Positions 10,601 through 19,755 are shown, numbered from the stretch's first letter. The stretch is 64,000 bases of DNA from Sphingobacteriales bacterium (GCA_018262795.1 JADFDM010000014.1:5449-69448), one strand, 5' to 3'. A program made the numbers and translations. The notes: generated by a model not told the origin, from the sequence alone.

Positions 10601-13600
10601 CCAACCGACATTACGCATACTACTACTTTTGTAGATGCCAGTTGCTCTAGCGTTTACGATGGCAAGATTACCGTTTTTGCAAACGGTGGAGTAGCCCCTT
10701 ACACGTACTCATTAAATGGAGGTCCCCCACAACCGGGAAATCAATTTACAGGATTGTCCTCAGGCACTTATTTGGTTTCAGTATTTGACAGTCACAGTTG
10801 CGTGGATACCTCTACTCTTACCTTAAATAATGCGTACGCTGTTACTGGCAGTATTACCTCACAAACTAATGTTTCTTGCTTTGGAGGCGCGAATGGCTCG
10901 GTAGCGGTTTCCTTATCAGGTGGAATTCCTCCGTATTTATACTCAATTAATGGTTCTTCTTTCCAATCATCGGGAACTTTTGCCAGCCTTACTGCCGGAG
11001 TTTATATCGTGGCTGCTAAGGATTCTAAAGGCTGTACGGATTATATAACCGTAAATATTACTCAGCCTTCGCAGTTGAACGTGATGGTAGATGTAGTAAA
11101 TAATGTGGGTTGTTACGGAACTTCTACCGGTGAAATATTTGTGAGCACGAGCGGAGGAACCGCTCCATACAGTTACCTCTGGAGTAATGGCGTGACTACG
11201 GAAGATAATCTGAATGTTCCTGTAGGAACCTACACCCTCACGGTGACTGATAGCAAAGGATGCATTACCTCCACCGGAGCTACAGTGACGCAACCTTTGC
11301 CTTTAACTATTTCATTGGCTTCCTACCATAATCTGCGTTGTTATAATGATTCGTCAGGAAGTATTGATATTACTGTAAATGGAGGAGTGTCTCCTTATTT
11401 ATTTGCATGGAGTAACGGGGCGACTTCTGAAGATGTGCTTAATCTCCATGCCGGCACCTATTTTGTAACAGTTCAGGATGGAAACGGTTGCTTGAAATAT
11501 GATACTGTTACTATTACACAGCCGGCTCAGTTAACCTCCAGTATTGTAGGAACTAATGCTACTTGTAACGGATTTACCAATGGCAATATTGATTTGACGG
11601 TAAATGGCGGCTCTTCTCCTTATACCTATAATTGGAACACCGGTGCTACCACTGAAGATTTAACGAACGTTGGTTCCGGTAACTATACCGTTTTAGTAAA
11701 TGATGCAAATAATTGCACCACTTTTAATTCGATCAACATCGCTCAACCGAATGCCTTAGTATTATCAACTTTAGTGACAAATGTTTCTTGTAACGGAAGT
11801 TCTTCCGGAGGGATAGATTTGACTGTTGCCGGTGGTACTCCTGCCTTTACCTATGTTTGGAATACAGGCGATACTACTCAAGATCTGAGTGCAGTGAATT
11901 CCGGAACTTATTCGGTAACCGTGACAGATGGAAATGGATGTAGCGCTTCCCTTGCGACTACAGTTTCTCAACCGTCTGCATTATCACTTTCAGGCGTAAA
12001 GACAGATGTAACTTGTAATGGTGCGGCCAACGGCTCTGTGAATATCACAGTAGCGGGGGGTACCTCTCCTTACAGTTATGCTTGGACGAATGCTGCAATT
12101 ACTGAAGATATCAGCGGGCTGAATGGTGGAAGCTACAGCGTAACTATCACCGATGCAAATAGCTGTAATGTTTCCGGTACTTATATTATTAATGAGCCAC
12201 TGGCATTAACCACTTCTATATCTGGTACTAACGTGACCTGTCATGGCGCTGCAAATGGTGCGGCTGACTTAACCGTAGGTGGAGGTACCGCACCTTACAC
12301 TTATTTATGGAGTAATTTCCAATCATCCCAAGATTTGACGGGTATTAACGGTGGATGGTATTATGTTGTAGTCACAGATGCTCACTCCTGTGCCATTCGC
12401 GACTCGATATATATTTCTGAACCGGCACAGTTGACCCTTAATGCTTCCGTCACTAACATAGCATGTAACGGAGGTAACGGTGGAGCGATAGATATTACGG
12501 TGACCGGTGGAACGATTACATACAACTATGCTTGGTCAAACGGTGCCACGACAGAGGATCTCACCGGATTGAGTGCCGGCACATACTCTGTTACTATTAC
12601 AGATGCAAATTTATGTAGCATCACTGCCTCTTATAACGTAACGCAACCTCCTGTTCTCACGGTAGGGGTAACATCTTTCAACAATGTAAGTTGTAATGGT
12701 GGAACCAACGGCTCTATAAACACTACCGCAGCAGGAGGCGTGACTCCTTATTCTTATTTATGGAGCAACTCCAGTACTGCTGACGATTTAGTAAATATCC
12801 CTGCCGGAACTTATAGTGTGACGGTAACGGATGCTAACTCTTGTACTGCTACCCTTACGCAAGTTATCACAGAACCATCGGCACTTACTGCCTCAGCAGT
12901 TGCCGGAACTATACTCTGCAATGGAGGTACTACAAATGTAGATTTGACAGTAGGTGGAGGCACGACATCATACACGTATTTTTGGAACAATGGAGCCACT
13001 ACTGAAGACTTAACAGCAGTTGGTGCAGGAACTTATACCGTGAATGTGACAGACGCTCATAACTGTACTGCCACCGCTTCGGTTATTATCAGTCAACCTG
13101 CCCCTTTAGCACTTTCGGCTATTGTTACAAGCCCTGTTTGTAATGGAGCGAATACCGGAGATATTGATTTGAGTGTTTTAGGAGGAACCGGTTCTTATAC
13201 CTATTTGTGGACTACCGGTGACACCACCCAGGATTTATCGGGCTTGGTAGTGGGCACTTATGGAGTCACCGTAACAGATGCTAATAACTGCACCGTTTCG
13301 GGAAGCTATAATATCGTTCAGCCACCGGCATTGGTCATTAATATGGCCTCTTATAACAATGTAAGCTGTAATGGTGGTAGCAATGGTGCGATAAATATTA
13401 CAGTAGGTGGCGGAGTATCTCCTTATAGCTATTTGTGGAGCAACTCAAGTACCTCAGAGGATTTGATAAATATTCCTGCCAACACTTATAGTGTGACGGT
13501 AACGGATGCTAACTCTTGTACCGCTACCCTTACACAAGTTATTTCTGAACCACCGCTGCTTACGGCTTCTGCAGTTGCGGGAACCATACTCTGCTACGGT

Positions 13601-16600
13601 GGAACTACAAATGTAGATTTGACTGTAGGTGGAGGCACAACCGCCTATACTTATTTCTGGAACAATGGAGCAACTACCGAAGACTTAACAGCAGTCGGTG
13701 CAGGAACTTATACGGTGAATGTGACAGACGCACATAACTGTACCGCTACGGCTACTGTAATCATCAGCCAACCGTCCCCATTAACATTATCTGCTATTGT
13801 TACAAGCCCCGTATGTAACGGAGCAAACTCAGGCGACATTGACTTGAGCGTTTCAGGAGGCACAGGACCTTTTACTTATTTATGGACCACCGGTGACACT
13901 ACACAGGATTTATCGGGCTTGGTAGTGGGCACTTATGGAGTCACTGTAACCGATGCCAATAACTGCACAGTTTCCGGAAGCTACAGTATCGTTCAACCAC
14001 CGGCATTGGTGGTGAATTTGGCTTCCTTTAATGATGTGAACTGTAATGGTGGTAGCAATGGTGCGATAAATGTTACAGTAGGTGGCGGAGTATCTCCTTA
14101 TAGCTATTTGTGGAGCAACAGCAGTACCAACGAAGACTTAGTAAATATTCCTGCCGGCACTTATACGGTTACGGTAACAGATGCAAATGCCTGCACAGGT
14201 TCACTCACGCAAGTAATCAGTGAACCTACACTTCTCTATGCTTCTGTTACATCCGACACTATTCTTTGTAATGGAGGAACAGCTAACATAAACTTGACAG
14301 TAACAGGTGGAACGTTGAATTATTCTTACTTCTGGAATAATGGAAGTACAACGGAAGATTTAACCGCTGTGGGTGCAGGGGTATATACGGTACAAGTCAC
14401 CGATGCCCATGCCTGTACAGCTACCGCATCTATTGCTATCAGCCAGCCTACGGCATTGAGCCTCACCACTCAAGTGACCAATGTGCTTTGCAATGGTACT
14501 AACTCTGGTGCGGTGGATTTGACAGTAACCGGAGGTAACTCTCCTTATTCTTACATTTGGAATACTTCTGACACAACGCAGGATTTGAGTAATCTTAGTT
14601 CCGGAACTTACAGTGTAACCGTGACAGATGCGAATGGCTGTACTGCCGGTACTTCAGTGACAATTGCGCAACCTGCTTATGCTCTCACCGGAACTTTAGT
14701 GGCCACAGATGTAACTTGTAATGGAGCAAATAACGGAAGCATTAACCTTACATTATCGGGTGGTGTTCAACCATATTCTTTCTTATGGAGCAACAGTACC
14801 ACGAATGAAGATTTGACCGGAGTGGGAGCTGGAACTTTCACTGTGACGGCAACAGATGCTAATGGATGTGTCTTTACAGACAGTGCTACCGTAAATGAAC
14901 CGACACCTATTTCAGCCTCGATAGTAGGAACGAATGTAACTTGCTACGGAGGAAATGACGGAGCGGCTGACCTTACCGTTGGAGGCGGAAATATTCCTTA
15001 TACTTATCTATGGAGTACTTTCGCCAGCACAGAAGACCTAACCGGATTAACAGCAGGTAATTACACGGTTATTGTTACGGATAACAAAGGCTGCCAAAAA
15101 ATCACTTCGGTTACTATTACTCAACCGACACAGATTGTCATTGCTGGTATAGTTACAAATGTGAACTGCAACGCAGGAACCGATGGCTCTATTGATATTA
15201 CAGTAACCGGAGGAGTGGGAACATACAGTTACTTATGGAGTAATTCTTCTGCAAGCGAAGATCAAAGTTCACTGACCGCAGGCACCTATGCTGTAACAGT
15301 AACTGATTCTAATAACTGTACTGCTTCGGCTACTTACACGATTGGCCAGCCTTCAGCACTTCTTCTTGCAGTTGCTTCATACAACGATGTAAGTTGTAGT
15401 GGTGGTAGTAATGGTAATATCAATATTACCGTTACGGGAGGAGTTCAGAATTACACGTATGGTTGGAGCAATGGAAGTTCAAGTGAAGATCTTGTAAATA
15501 TCCCAGCCGGAACTTACACCGTTACAGTGACGGATGCACACGGATGCTCCGACACATTGACACAGATTATCAACGAACCGGCTGCTTTAACTGCCTCTAT
15601 TACTTCGGGTACTATTTTATGTAATGGTGGTACAGTGAATGTAGATTTGACCGTAGGAGGCGGCACTACTGCTTACTCCTACTTCTGGAACAATGGCACC
15701 ACTACAGAAGATCTTACAGGTGTAGGAGCGGGTACTTATACGGTTATAGTAACAGATGCACACAGTTGCACTGCTACTGCTTCCGTCACTATTAACGAAC
15801 CTGCGCTACTCAGTCTTACTACACAGGTAACCCATGTGCTATGTAATGGAGACAGCACAGGAGCCGTTGATTTAACGGTAAGCGGAGGTACTCTAGGTTA
15901 TACTTATACTTGGGATAACGGAGAAACCACAGAAGATATCAATAACCTTACTGCTGGCACCTACTCGGTAACTGTAACTGATGCTAATCTTTGCACTGCT
16001 ACAGCAAGCGTTACCATTAGCCAACCGGCAGCAATGGTGATGAACGCCACTCCGGTAGATGTAGCTTGTGCAGGTGGCAACAACGGCTCCATTGATATTA
16101 CCGTGAATGGGGGGGTGTTCCCATACGCCTATGCATGGAGCACAGGTGCTATTACGGAAGATGTAAATGGATTGAGTGGAGGAAGCTATTCGGTAACGGT
16201 AACAGATGCCAACGGATGTACCTTGACACAATCATTTATTATTAACGAGCCGACCCCAATTGTATCATCAGTTGCCGGAACGGATGTAACTTGCCATGGC
16301 GCATTTAACGGAAGTGCCGACCTAACAGTTAGTGGAGGTGTTTCTCCTTATACTTTCTTCTGGTCAAATTTCAAGGTGAGCGAAGATATTGCCAACTTGG
16401 GTGGAGGTACTTACTATGTTATCATTACCGATAATCATGGATGTGAACATCGCGACTCCGTAGTTATTTACGAGCCGGATCCGTTATTGCTTACAACAGT
16501 CACGAACGACATCACTTGCTTTAATTTGAACAATGGTTCGGTTGACCTTACCGTAACAGGTGGGACTACTCCTTATGGTTACAATTGGAGCAATGGTGCC

Positions 16601-18622
16601 ACCACAGAAGATTTAAGCAATTTGCCTGGAGGAACTTATGCCGTAACTGTAACGGATGCCAATGGATGCACCGCTACCACTTCAGTATTCATTGTGAACC
16701 CTTCGGCTATTACTGCCAACTTTGTGGTTCATACACCGCTGTGTTTTGGCGATACAAATGGTTCCATTGATCTGATTCCAACAGGCGGAACTCCGGGTTA
16801 TACTTTCTTATGGAGTAATGGAGCAGCCACCGAAGATATTTCAGCTATAGGAGCGGGTGTTTACACCGTAACCATTACCGATACTAAAGGATGTACCGGT
16901 ATTGATTCTACCGAAGTAAAAGAACCAGATCCATTGGTTACTTCAGGTTTTATCAAGAATGTGACCTGTTCCGGTGATGCCGATGGCTTTATTGACATTA
17001 CAGCTTACGGAGGAACCTTGCCTTATAATTATTCTTGGTCAGCAGGCCCATCCACTGAAGACTTGGGCAATGTTCCGGGTGGCAACTATTATGTAACCGT
17101 TACAGACGGAAACGGTTGTCAAGTTGCTTCTCTTTATATTGTTCGCGAACCAGCCCCATTAACTATCAGTTTAGCGAGTGCTAATATCACTTGCTTCGGT
17201 GGTGCTGATGGGTTTGTAGCGGCAATTCCGGGAGGAGGAACTACCCCATACGAATACCTATGGGATGATTTTACTACCGACTCGGTAAGAACAGGATTAG
17301 GTGCCGGTCACTATGCCGTGCTTCTGACAGATTCCAACGGATGCCATATTGTTGACAGCATCTACCTGACACAGCCTACTGAGATTGTCATACAAGCAGC
17401 AACCACTGATGTGGTTTGCAATGGAGGCAAAACAGGGGCTATTAATCTGACTATCACGGGAGGAACTCCCGGCTATACATTTGTGTGGAGCAATGCGGAT
17501 ACAACGGAGGATTTGACAGGTATTGTCGCAGGCACTTACTCGGTCACTGTGACCGATACTTTGGGTTGCTCTAAAACGGCTTCATATACGCTGACACAAC
17601 CGTTGCCGATTTCATTACAGTTATTGACTAGTAAGCCATCCTGCAACGGTAGTCATAATGGTTCAGTATCAGTGGTGGCTACTCAGGGCATAGGGCCTTA
17701 CACATACGTGTGGAATACCGTACCGGTTCAGACGACCGCTTCGGCTGAAGACCTTCCGGCAGGAACATACAGCGTAGTAGTGACCGATGCAAATGGCTGC
17801 ACGGTATCCGATACAACTACTCTGAAGCAACCGGATGCTATTATTGTGACCACCGATGCACATGCTGCGAAATGTTTCAATACGACTGATGGAATGGTAG
17901 TTATTTCAGTGCAAGGCGGAGAGCAGCCATTTATTTATGATTTGAATGGAGTCTCTCAGTTAACCGATACCTTTACCGGACTTACTCCGGGCAATTATGT
18001 GGCCGTAGTTACCGATGTGAACGGCTGTGAAGGATCAGACGCTTTCACCATTGCGCAACCGGGACAAATCACTGTGGATCTTGGTGTTTCGCAACAGGTG
18101 ATATTAACGGGGATGAATACGCAGTTGATTGCTACGGCTGTTTCTACATCACCTATTGTGAATTACTTCTGGAGTCCGGATTCGTTGTTTGATTACAGCC
18201 TTTGTGTAGAACCACAAAACTGTTCAACTCCTTATGTGCATCCAAGAACTACCACCACCTTTAGTGTGACGGTGATGAACTCAGACTCTTGTATGGTTTC
18301 GGACACCATTACCGTTTACGTGAATAATGAACTATCCGCTTTCATACCTACAGCCTTTACTCCTAATAACGATGGCTTGAACGATCGGTTTGAGTTTGAC
18401 ATATTGGGGGCTACCACTATTGAAGTAAGTGTGTTTGACCGTTGGGGTCAACGGATATACTACAATGCGGCTCAGGATAACGGCATCACCGGCAATAATG
18501 GTTGGGATGGAACAGTAAATGGTAAGTACGCACCGGATGATACCTACGTATATCAGATACGAGTGACTTATTATGACGGAACCAAAAAGGATCGAAACGG
18601 AACCGTCACCTTGATGAGATAA
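7637..18622 (+). CDS. Giant SprB-repeat adhesin-like surface protein (3661 aa): head paralogous to the 2493 gene, about 4-5 tandem ~100-aa Ig-like modules (YQWQYYNGGTW...YRC[IV]VS), 34 SprB repeats, T9SS type-B CTD
   Basis: ATG start plus signal peptide (LFALLTLFFVGFQINSFGQC). The head aligns by eye with the 2493 head (GAYQISIPFHDDSYYLYVNGGLV versus GYYKINVNNADDDIRVYVNGTQI). 34 SprB-type units counted. C-terminus FIPTAFTPNNDGLNDRFEFDILGA...RWGQRIYY...WDGTVNGK...DTYVYQIR...GTVTLMR. The start lies only 80 nt after the previous stop. Confidence 0.9.
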   Translation: MKKNYTPTFKSTHLFALLTLFFVGFQINSFGQCPSPCAASFFNQGGAVTPISNSTQQVTIGPGTYVSANVHNGGIYTFGHCSNSSPNWSDTQLGGFTTSSSCLFYNDDAGPSCSGLHASAQWSSNFTGTINVNSYKYPCGGWNSTAGTSGILDYRCDGPGNPATYGNGEWLLYAWNAGDANGGSGSWSSAYSGYMPVSSLSFNTTSLWPDGGSPSDYSGFLGCYVGPDTHSWSAKRTGFDCGAYQISIPFHDDSYYLYVNGGLVSSHVGGCCDNHGVVWTGVLTSSSTIEFRVSEGGGGSQAQILVTPVSPPTLTAGSISADQTICSGGDPALLNNNSSPSGGVGPAYTGGFYTYNWYQYDNCNTGLAVALGVNAPTYNPPAGLTLTRCYVRTVNDACGHDAYTTPVTVTVVADPSVSVPAYTNSTICVGGSSNASVSVNGGTGTISYQWQYYNGGTWGNVANGLPAGATYSNQTSSTMTINGISSAGGYQYRCIVSATGSGCNSTTSSPATLTVVADPTVTPAALTATTICAGGTSDASVTASNGTGTISYQWQYYNGGTWINVTSGIPTGAAYVGTTASTMTIGGITAAGNYQYRCVVSATGSGCNSVTSSPVTLTVNPDPSVSTPLFTNATICSGGASNVSVTATGGMTLSYQWQYYNGGTWGNVTNGLPTGATYSNVTSATMTINGITTPSTYDYRCIVSSTGSSCDPINSSANTLTVVADPAISINGGGTFCASGSSVFTSVVSGGTGTLSYQWQNSTNGVTFNNIGGATSSSYTSPSVSSTTYYRCIYSATGSGCGSATSNIDTVIIVPSIANNTIANYQKFCLNGDPAIIVGAAVSGGTGSYSYLWEQSTNGGVSWSPATGTNNAANYDPPFTSATIRYHRVVTSGVCPSTSNEALILVLPLPQVTNVSSTDVLCYGGSSGTITVSGSTSNGSIYYSNNGGGTYQVSGSFTGLPIGSYNVYVRDDSACINSYVGNPVVLNQPTDITHTTTFVDASCSSVYDGKITVFANGGVAPYTYSLNGGPPQPGNQFTGLSSGTYLVSVFDSHSCVDTSTLTLNNAYAVTGSITSQTNVSCFGGANGSVAVSLSGGIPPYLYSINGSSFQSSGTFASLTAGVYIVAAKDSKGCTDYITVNITQPSQLNVMVDVVNNVGCYGTSTGEIFVSTSGGTAPYSYLWSNGVTTEDNLNVPVGTYTLTVTDSKGCITSTGATVTQPLPLTISLASYHNLRCYNDSSGSIDITVNGGVSPYLFAWSNGATSEDVLNLHAGTYFVTVQDGNGCLKYDTVTITQPAQLTSSIVGTNATCNGFTNGNIDLTVNGGSSPYTYNWNTGATTEDLTNVGSGNYTVLVNDANNCTTFNSINIAQPNALVLSTLVTNVSCNGSSSGGIDLTVAGGTPAFTYVWNTGDTTQDLSAVNSGTYSVTVTDGNGCSASLATTVSQPSALSLSGVKTDVTCNGAANGSVNITVAGGTSPYSYAWTNAAITEDISGLNGGSYSVTITDANSCNVSGTYIINEPLALTTSISGTNVTCHGAANGAADLTVGGGTAPYTYLWSNFQSSQDLTGINGGWYYVVVTDAHSCAIRDSIYISEPAQLTLNASVTNIACNGGNGGAIDITVTGGTITYNYAWSNGATTEDLTGLSAGTYSVTITDANLCSITASYNVTQPPVLTVGVTSFNNVSCNGGTNGSINTTAAGGVTPYSYLWSNSSTADDLVNIPAGTYSVTVTDANSCTATLTQVITEPSALTASAVAGTILCNGGTTNVDLTVGGGTTSYTYFWNNGATTEDLTAVGAGTYTVNVTDAHNCTATASVIISQPAPLALSAIVTSPVCNGANTGDIDLSVLGGTGSYTYLWTTGDTTQDLSGLVVGTYGVTVTDANNCTVSGSYNIVQPPALVINMASYNNVSCNGGSNGAINITVGGGVSPYSYLWSNSSTSEDLINIPANTYSVTVTDANSCTATLTQVISEPPLLTASAVAGTILCYGGTTNVDLTVGGGTTAYTYFWNNGATTEDLTAVGAGTYTVNVTDAHNCTATATVIISQPSPLTLSAIVTSPVCNGANSGDIDLSVSGGTGPFTYLWTTGDTTQDLSGLVVGTYGVTVTDANNCTVSGSYSIVQPPALVVNLASFNDVNCNGGSNGAINVTVGGGVSPYSYLWSNSSTNEDLVNIPAGTYTVTVTDANACTGSLTQVISEPTLLYASVTSDTILCNGGTANINLTVTGGTLNYSYFWNNGSTTEDLTAVGAGVYTVQVTDAHACTATASIAISQPTALSLTTQVTNVLCNGTNSGAVDLTVTGGNSPYSYIWNTSDTTQDLSNLSSGTYSVTVTDANGCTAGTSVTIAQPAYALTGTLVATDVTCNGANNGSINLTLSGGVQPYSFLWSNSTTNEDLTGVGAGTFTVTATDANGCVFTDSATVNEPTPISASIVGTNVTCYGGNDGAADLTVGGGNIPYTYLWSTFASTEDLTGLTAGNYTVIVTDNKGCQKITSVTITQPTQIVIAGIVTNVNCNAGTDGSIDITVTGGVGTYSYLWSNSSASEDQSSLTAGTYAVTVTDSNNCTASATYTIGQPSALLLAVASYNDVSCSGGSNGNINITVTGGVQNYTYGWSNGSSSEDLVNIPAGTYTVTVTDAHGCSDTLTQIINEPAALTASITSGTILCNGGTVNVDLTVGGGTTAYSYFWNNGTTTEDLTGVGAGTYTVIVTDAHSCTATASVTINEPALLSLTTQVTHVLCNGDSTGAVDLTVSGGTLGYTYTWDNGETTEDINNLTAGTYSVTVTDANLCTATASVTISQPAAMVMNATPVDVACAGGNNGSIDITVNGGVFPYAYAWSTGAITEDVNGLSGGSYSVTVTDANGCTLTQSFIINEPTPIVSSVAGTDVTCHGAFNGSADLTVSGGVSPYTFFWSNFKVSEDIANLGGGTYYVIITDNHGCEHRDSVVIYEPDPLLLTTVTNDITCFNLNNGSVDLTVTGGTTPYGYNWSNGATTEDLSNLPGGTYAVTVTDANGCTATTSVFIVNPSAITANFVVHTPLCFGDTNGSIDLIPTGGTPGYTFLWSNGAATEDISAIGAGVYTVTITDTKGCTGIDSTEVKEPDPLVTSGFIKNVTCSGDADGFIDITAYGGTLPYNYSWSAGPSTEDLGNVPGGNYYVTVTDGNGCQVASLYIVREPAPLTISLASANITCFGGADGFVAAIPGGGTTPYEYLWDDFTTDSVRTGLGAGHYAVLLTDSNGCHIVDSIYLTQPTEIVIQAATTDVVCNGGKTGAINLTITGGTPGYTFVWSNADTTEDLTGIVAGTYSVTVTDTLGCSKTASYTLTQPLPISLQLLTSKPSCNGSHNGSVSVVATQGIGPYTYVWNTVPVQTTASAEDLPAGTYSVVVTDANGCTVSDTTTLKQPDAIIVTTDAHAAKCFNTTDGMVVISVQGGEQPFIYDLNGVSQLTDTFTGLTPGNYVAVVTDVNGCEGSDAFTIAQPGQITVDLGVSQQVILTGMNTQLIATAVSTSPIVNYFWSPDSLFDYSLCVEPQNCSTPYVHPRTTTTFSVTVMNSDSCMVSDTITVYVNNELSAFIPTAFTPNNDGLNDRFEFDILGATTIEVSVFDRWGQRIYYNAAQDNGITGNNGWDGTVNGKYAPDDTYVYQIRVTYYDGTKKDRNGTVTLMR
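12644..14668 (+). repeat. In-frame tandem triplication of a 675-bp (225-aa, three-SprB-repeat) superunit inside the 3661-aa gene
   Basis: Unit starts are at 12644 (caacctcctg), 13319 (cagccaccgg) and 13994 (caaccaccgg), an exact 675-nt period. Units 1 and 2 look roughly 85-90% identical by eye, with perfectly identical runs above 40 nt (for example caggatttatcgggcttggtagtgggcacttatggagtcac). The third unit is more diverged toward its end. A more distant copy lies near 15350-15800. Confidence 0.85.
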
Positions 18623-18646
18623 CAAGGATTCAGTAAAATAAAAAGA

Positions 18647-18682
18647 GGTCGTCTCATAAATCAATATGGGACGACTTTTTTA
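18647..18682 (+). terminator. Rho-independent terminator after the 3661-aa gene
   Basis: Stem GTCGTC (18648-18653) pairs with GACGAC (18670-18675) and is followed by TTTTTT (18676-18681), about 25 nt after the stop codon. Confidence 0.7.
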
Positions 18683-18727
18683 TTGGGAGCGTTTTAGAGA
18701 TCGGAGCATTGGGAGATAGCCAAGATT

Positions 18728-18789
18728 AGTTGAGTTGTTAGTGACTTTCCGATGAAAAATCGGGACTAAAACACCAACAACGGCTAAAA
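18728..18789 (+). repeat. 62-nt nested-hairpin element, copy A
   Basis: agttgagttgttagtgactttccgatgaaaaatcgggactaaaacaccaacaacggctaaaa. It differs from copy B at 3 positions. Outer arms are gttgttagtg/caccaacaac and inner arms ttccgat/atcggga. Confidence 0.8.
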
Positions 18790-18852
18790 GTTGATGTGCA
18801 AATCCGCTACTCACCCTATCAGCACCTCCACCCAGTTAACGCTTACTTAGCA

Positions 18853-18885
18853 AGACCTTATAGGTTTTTGAAACCTATAAGGTCT
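18853..18885. repeat. Perfect 15-bp-stem palindromic hairpin (agaccttataggttt-ttg-aaacctataaggtct)
   Basis: Arm 18853-18867 is the exact reverse complement of 18871-18885, with a 3-nt loop. It lies between the two 62-nt elements. Confidence 0.85.
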
Positions 18886-18962
18886 GGTGAAAGGCATTGC
18901 CCGAAGCGGCCCATTCCCTTAACTTATTGACCTTGCACTCTAACCAGTTGGAGACTATGCCC

Positions 18963-19024
18963 AGTTGAGTTGTTGGTGACATCCCGATGAAAAATCGGGA
19001 CTAAAACACCAACAACGGCTAAAA
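18963..19024 (+). repeat. 62-nt nested-hairpin element, copy B (structurally perfect copy)
   Basis: agttgagttgttggtgacatcccgatgaaaaatcgggactaaaacaccaacaacggctaaaa. The outer 10-bp stem gttgttggtg/caccaacaac encloses the inner 7-bp stem tcccgat/atcggga. It sits 235 nt downstream of copy A. Confidence 0.8.
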
Positions 19025-19168
19025 CCTCTTCCGAACTTTAGGGCGAGCCTCCCGACCGATAGTAAACCTACCTGGCATAACAGATGTTTTTTTTGATTGA
19101 AGAGGTGGTTTTTAAGTTAAATGAGCCAAAAACAAGTATCAAAGTCCGTAAAATAATTTCCTTTTGTT

Positions 19169-19630
19169 CATTTTGATATGTCGAAGTGGGTAAAAGAGAA
19201 ACTGGTTTGTGCATTTTGATATGTCAAAGGGGATAAAAGGAAAACACTTTGATGCTATTGGATATGTCAAAGTGGGGAAAGGAAATTTGGTTTGGGCATT
19301 TTGATATATCAAAGTGGGTGTCCGAAAATTGGTTTGGGCATTTTGATATGTCAAAGTGGGTGTCCGAAAACTGGTTTGTGCATTTTGATATATCAAAGTG
19401 GGTGTCCAAAAACTGGTTTGTGCATTTTGATATATCAAAGTGGGTGTCCAAAAACTGGTTCGTGCATTTTGATATATCAAAGTGGGTGTCCAAAAACTGG
19501 TTCGTGCATTTTGATATATCAAAGTGGGTGTCCGAAAACCGGTTTGTGCCCTTTGACATATCAAAACGGGTGGCCGAGAAACCGGTTTGTGCATTTTGAG
19601 ATGTAAAAATGGGTAAAAGAGATTCCCCGA
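19169..19630 (+). repeat. Tandem array of 11 units of 42-43 bp; consensus CATTTTGATATATCAAAGTGGGTGTCCAAAAACTGGTTTGTG with an embedded 14-bp perfect palindrome TTTGATATATCAAA
   Basis: Unit starts are 19169, 19212, 19255, 19297, 19339, 19381, 19423, 19465, 19507, 19549 and 19592. Central units (19297-19548) are near-identical and 19423 and 19465 are identical. Flanking units are degenerate, and the first and last share gggtaaaagaga. There are no unique spacers. Confidence 0.95.
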
Positions 19631-19730
19631 TAGGGTATTCCTGTACCCCATCTGGCGCAAGTATGACGGTCGGCATTCGAGCCAAGCTACTTGTGTCCAT
19701 CATTCAATCAAACAAATACCGCTGTTCGGG

Positions 19731-19755
19731 ATATTCCGTAGGGCATGTCGAACTT
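19731..19755 (+). repeat. 25-nt perfect direct repeat, left copy (atattccgtagggcatgtcgaactt)
   Basis: Identical 25-mer to 19964-19988, offset 233 nt. Confidence 0.9.

Noticed and set aside
12644-14668. Diversity-generating retroelement (template/variable repeat pair) acting on the near-identical blocks
   Set aside because: Mismatches between the units involve all four bases rather than adenine-specific substitutions, and no reverse transcriptase gene is present in the window.
19169-19630. CRISPR array
   Set aside because: Units abut each other with no unique spacers, the whole 42-43 bp repeats, and there are no cas genes in the window.
19169-19630. FNR/CRP-type box (TTGAT-N4-ATCAA) in the palindrome
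   Set aside because: The half-sites TTGAT and ATCAA are separated by 2 nt, not 4, so it does not fit the FNR/CRP consensus.
19139-19703. Four overlapping ORFs (173, 159, 116 and 104 aa) across the 42-bp array, including the attractive FDISKWVSKNWFVH repeat peptide
   Set aside because: The period is a multiple of 3 and the unit has no stop in four of six frames, so long ORFs are automatic. FDISK appears on both strands simply because of the palindrome. There is no signal peptide or plausible start context, and copy-to-copy differences are not biased toward synonymous changes in any frame.
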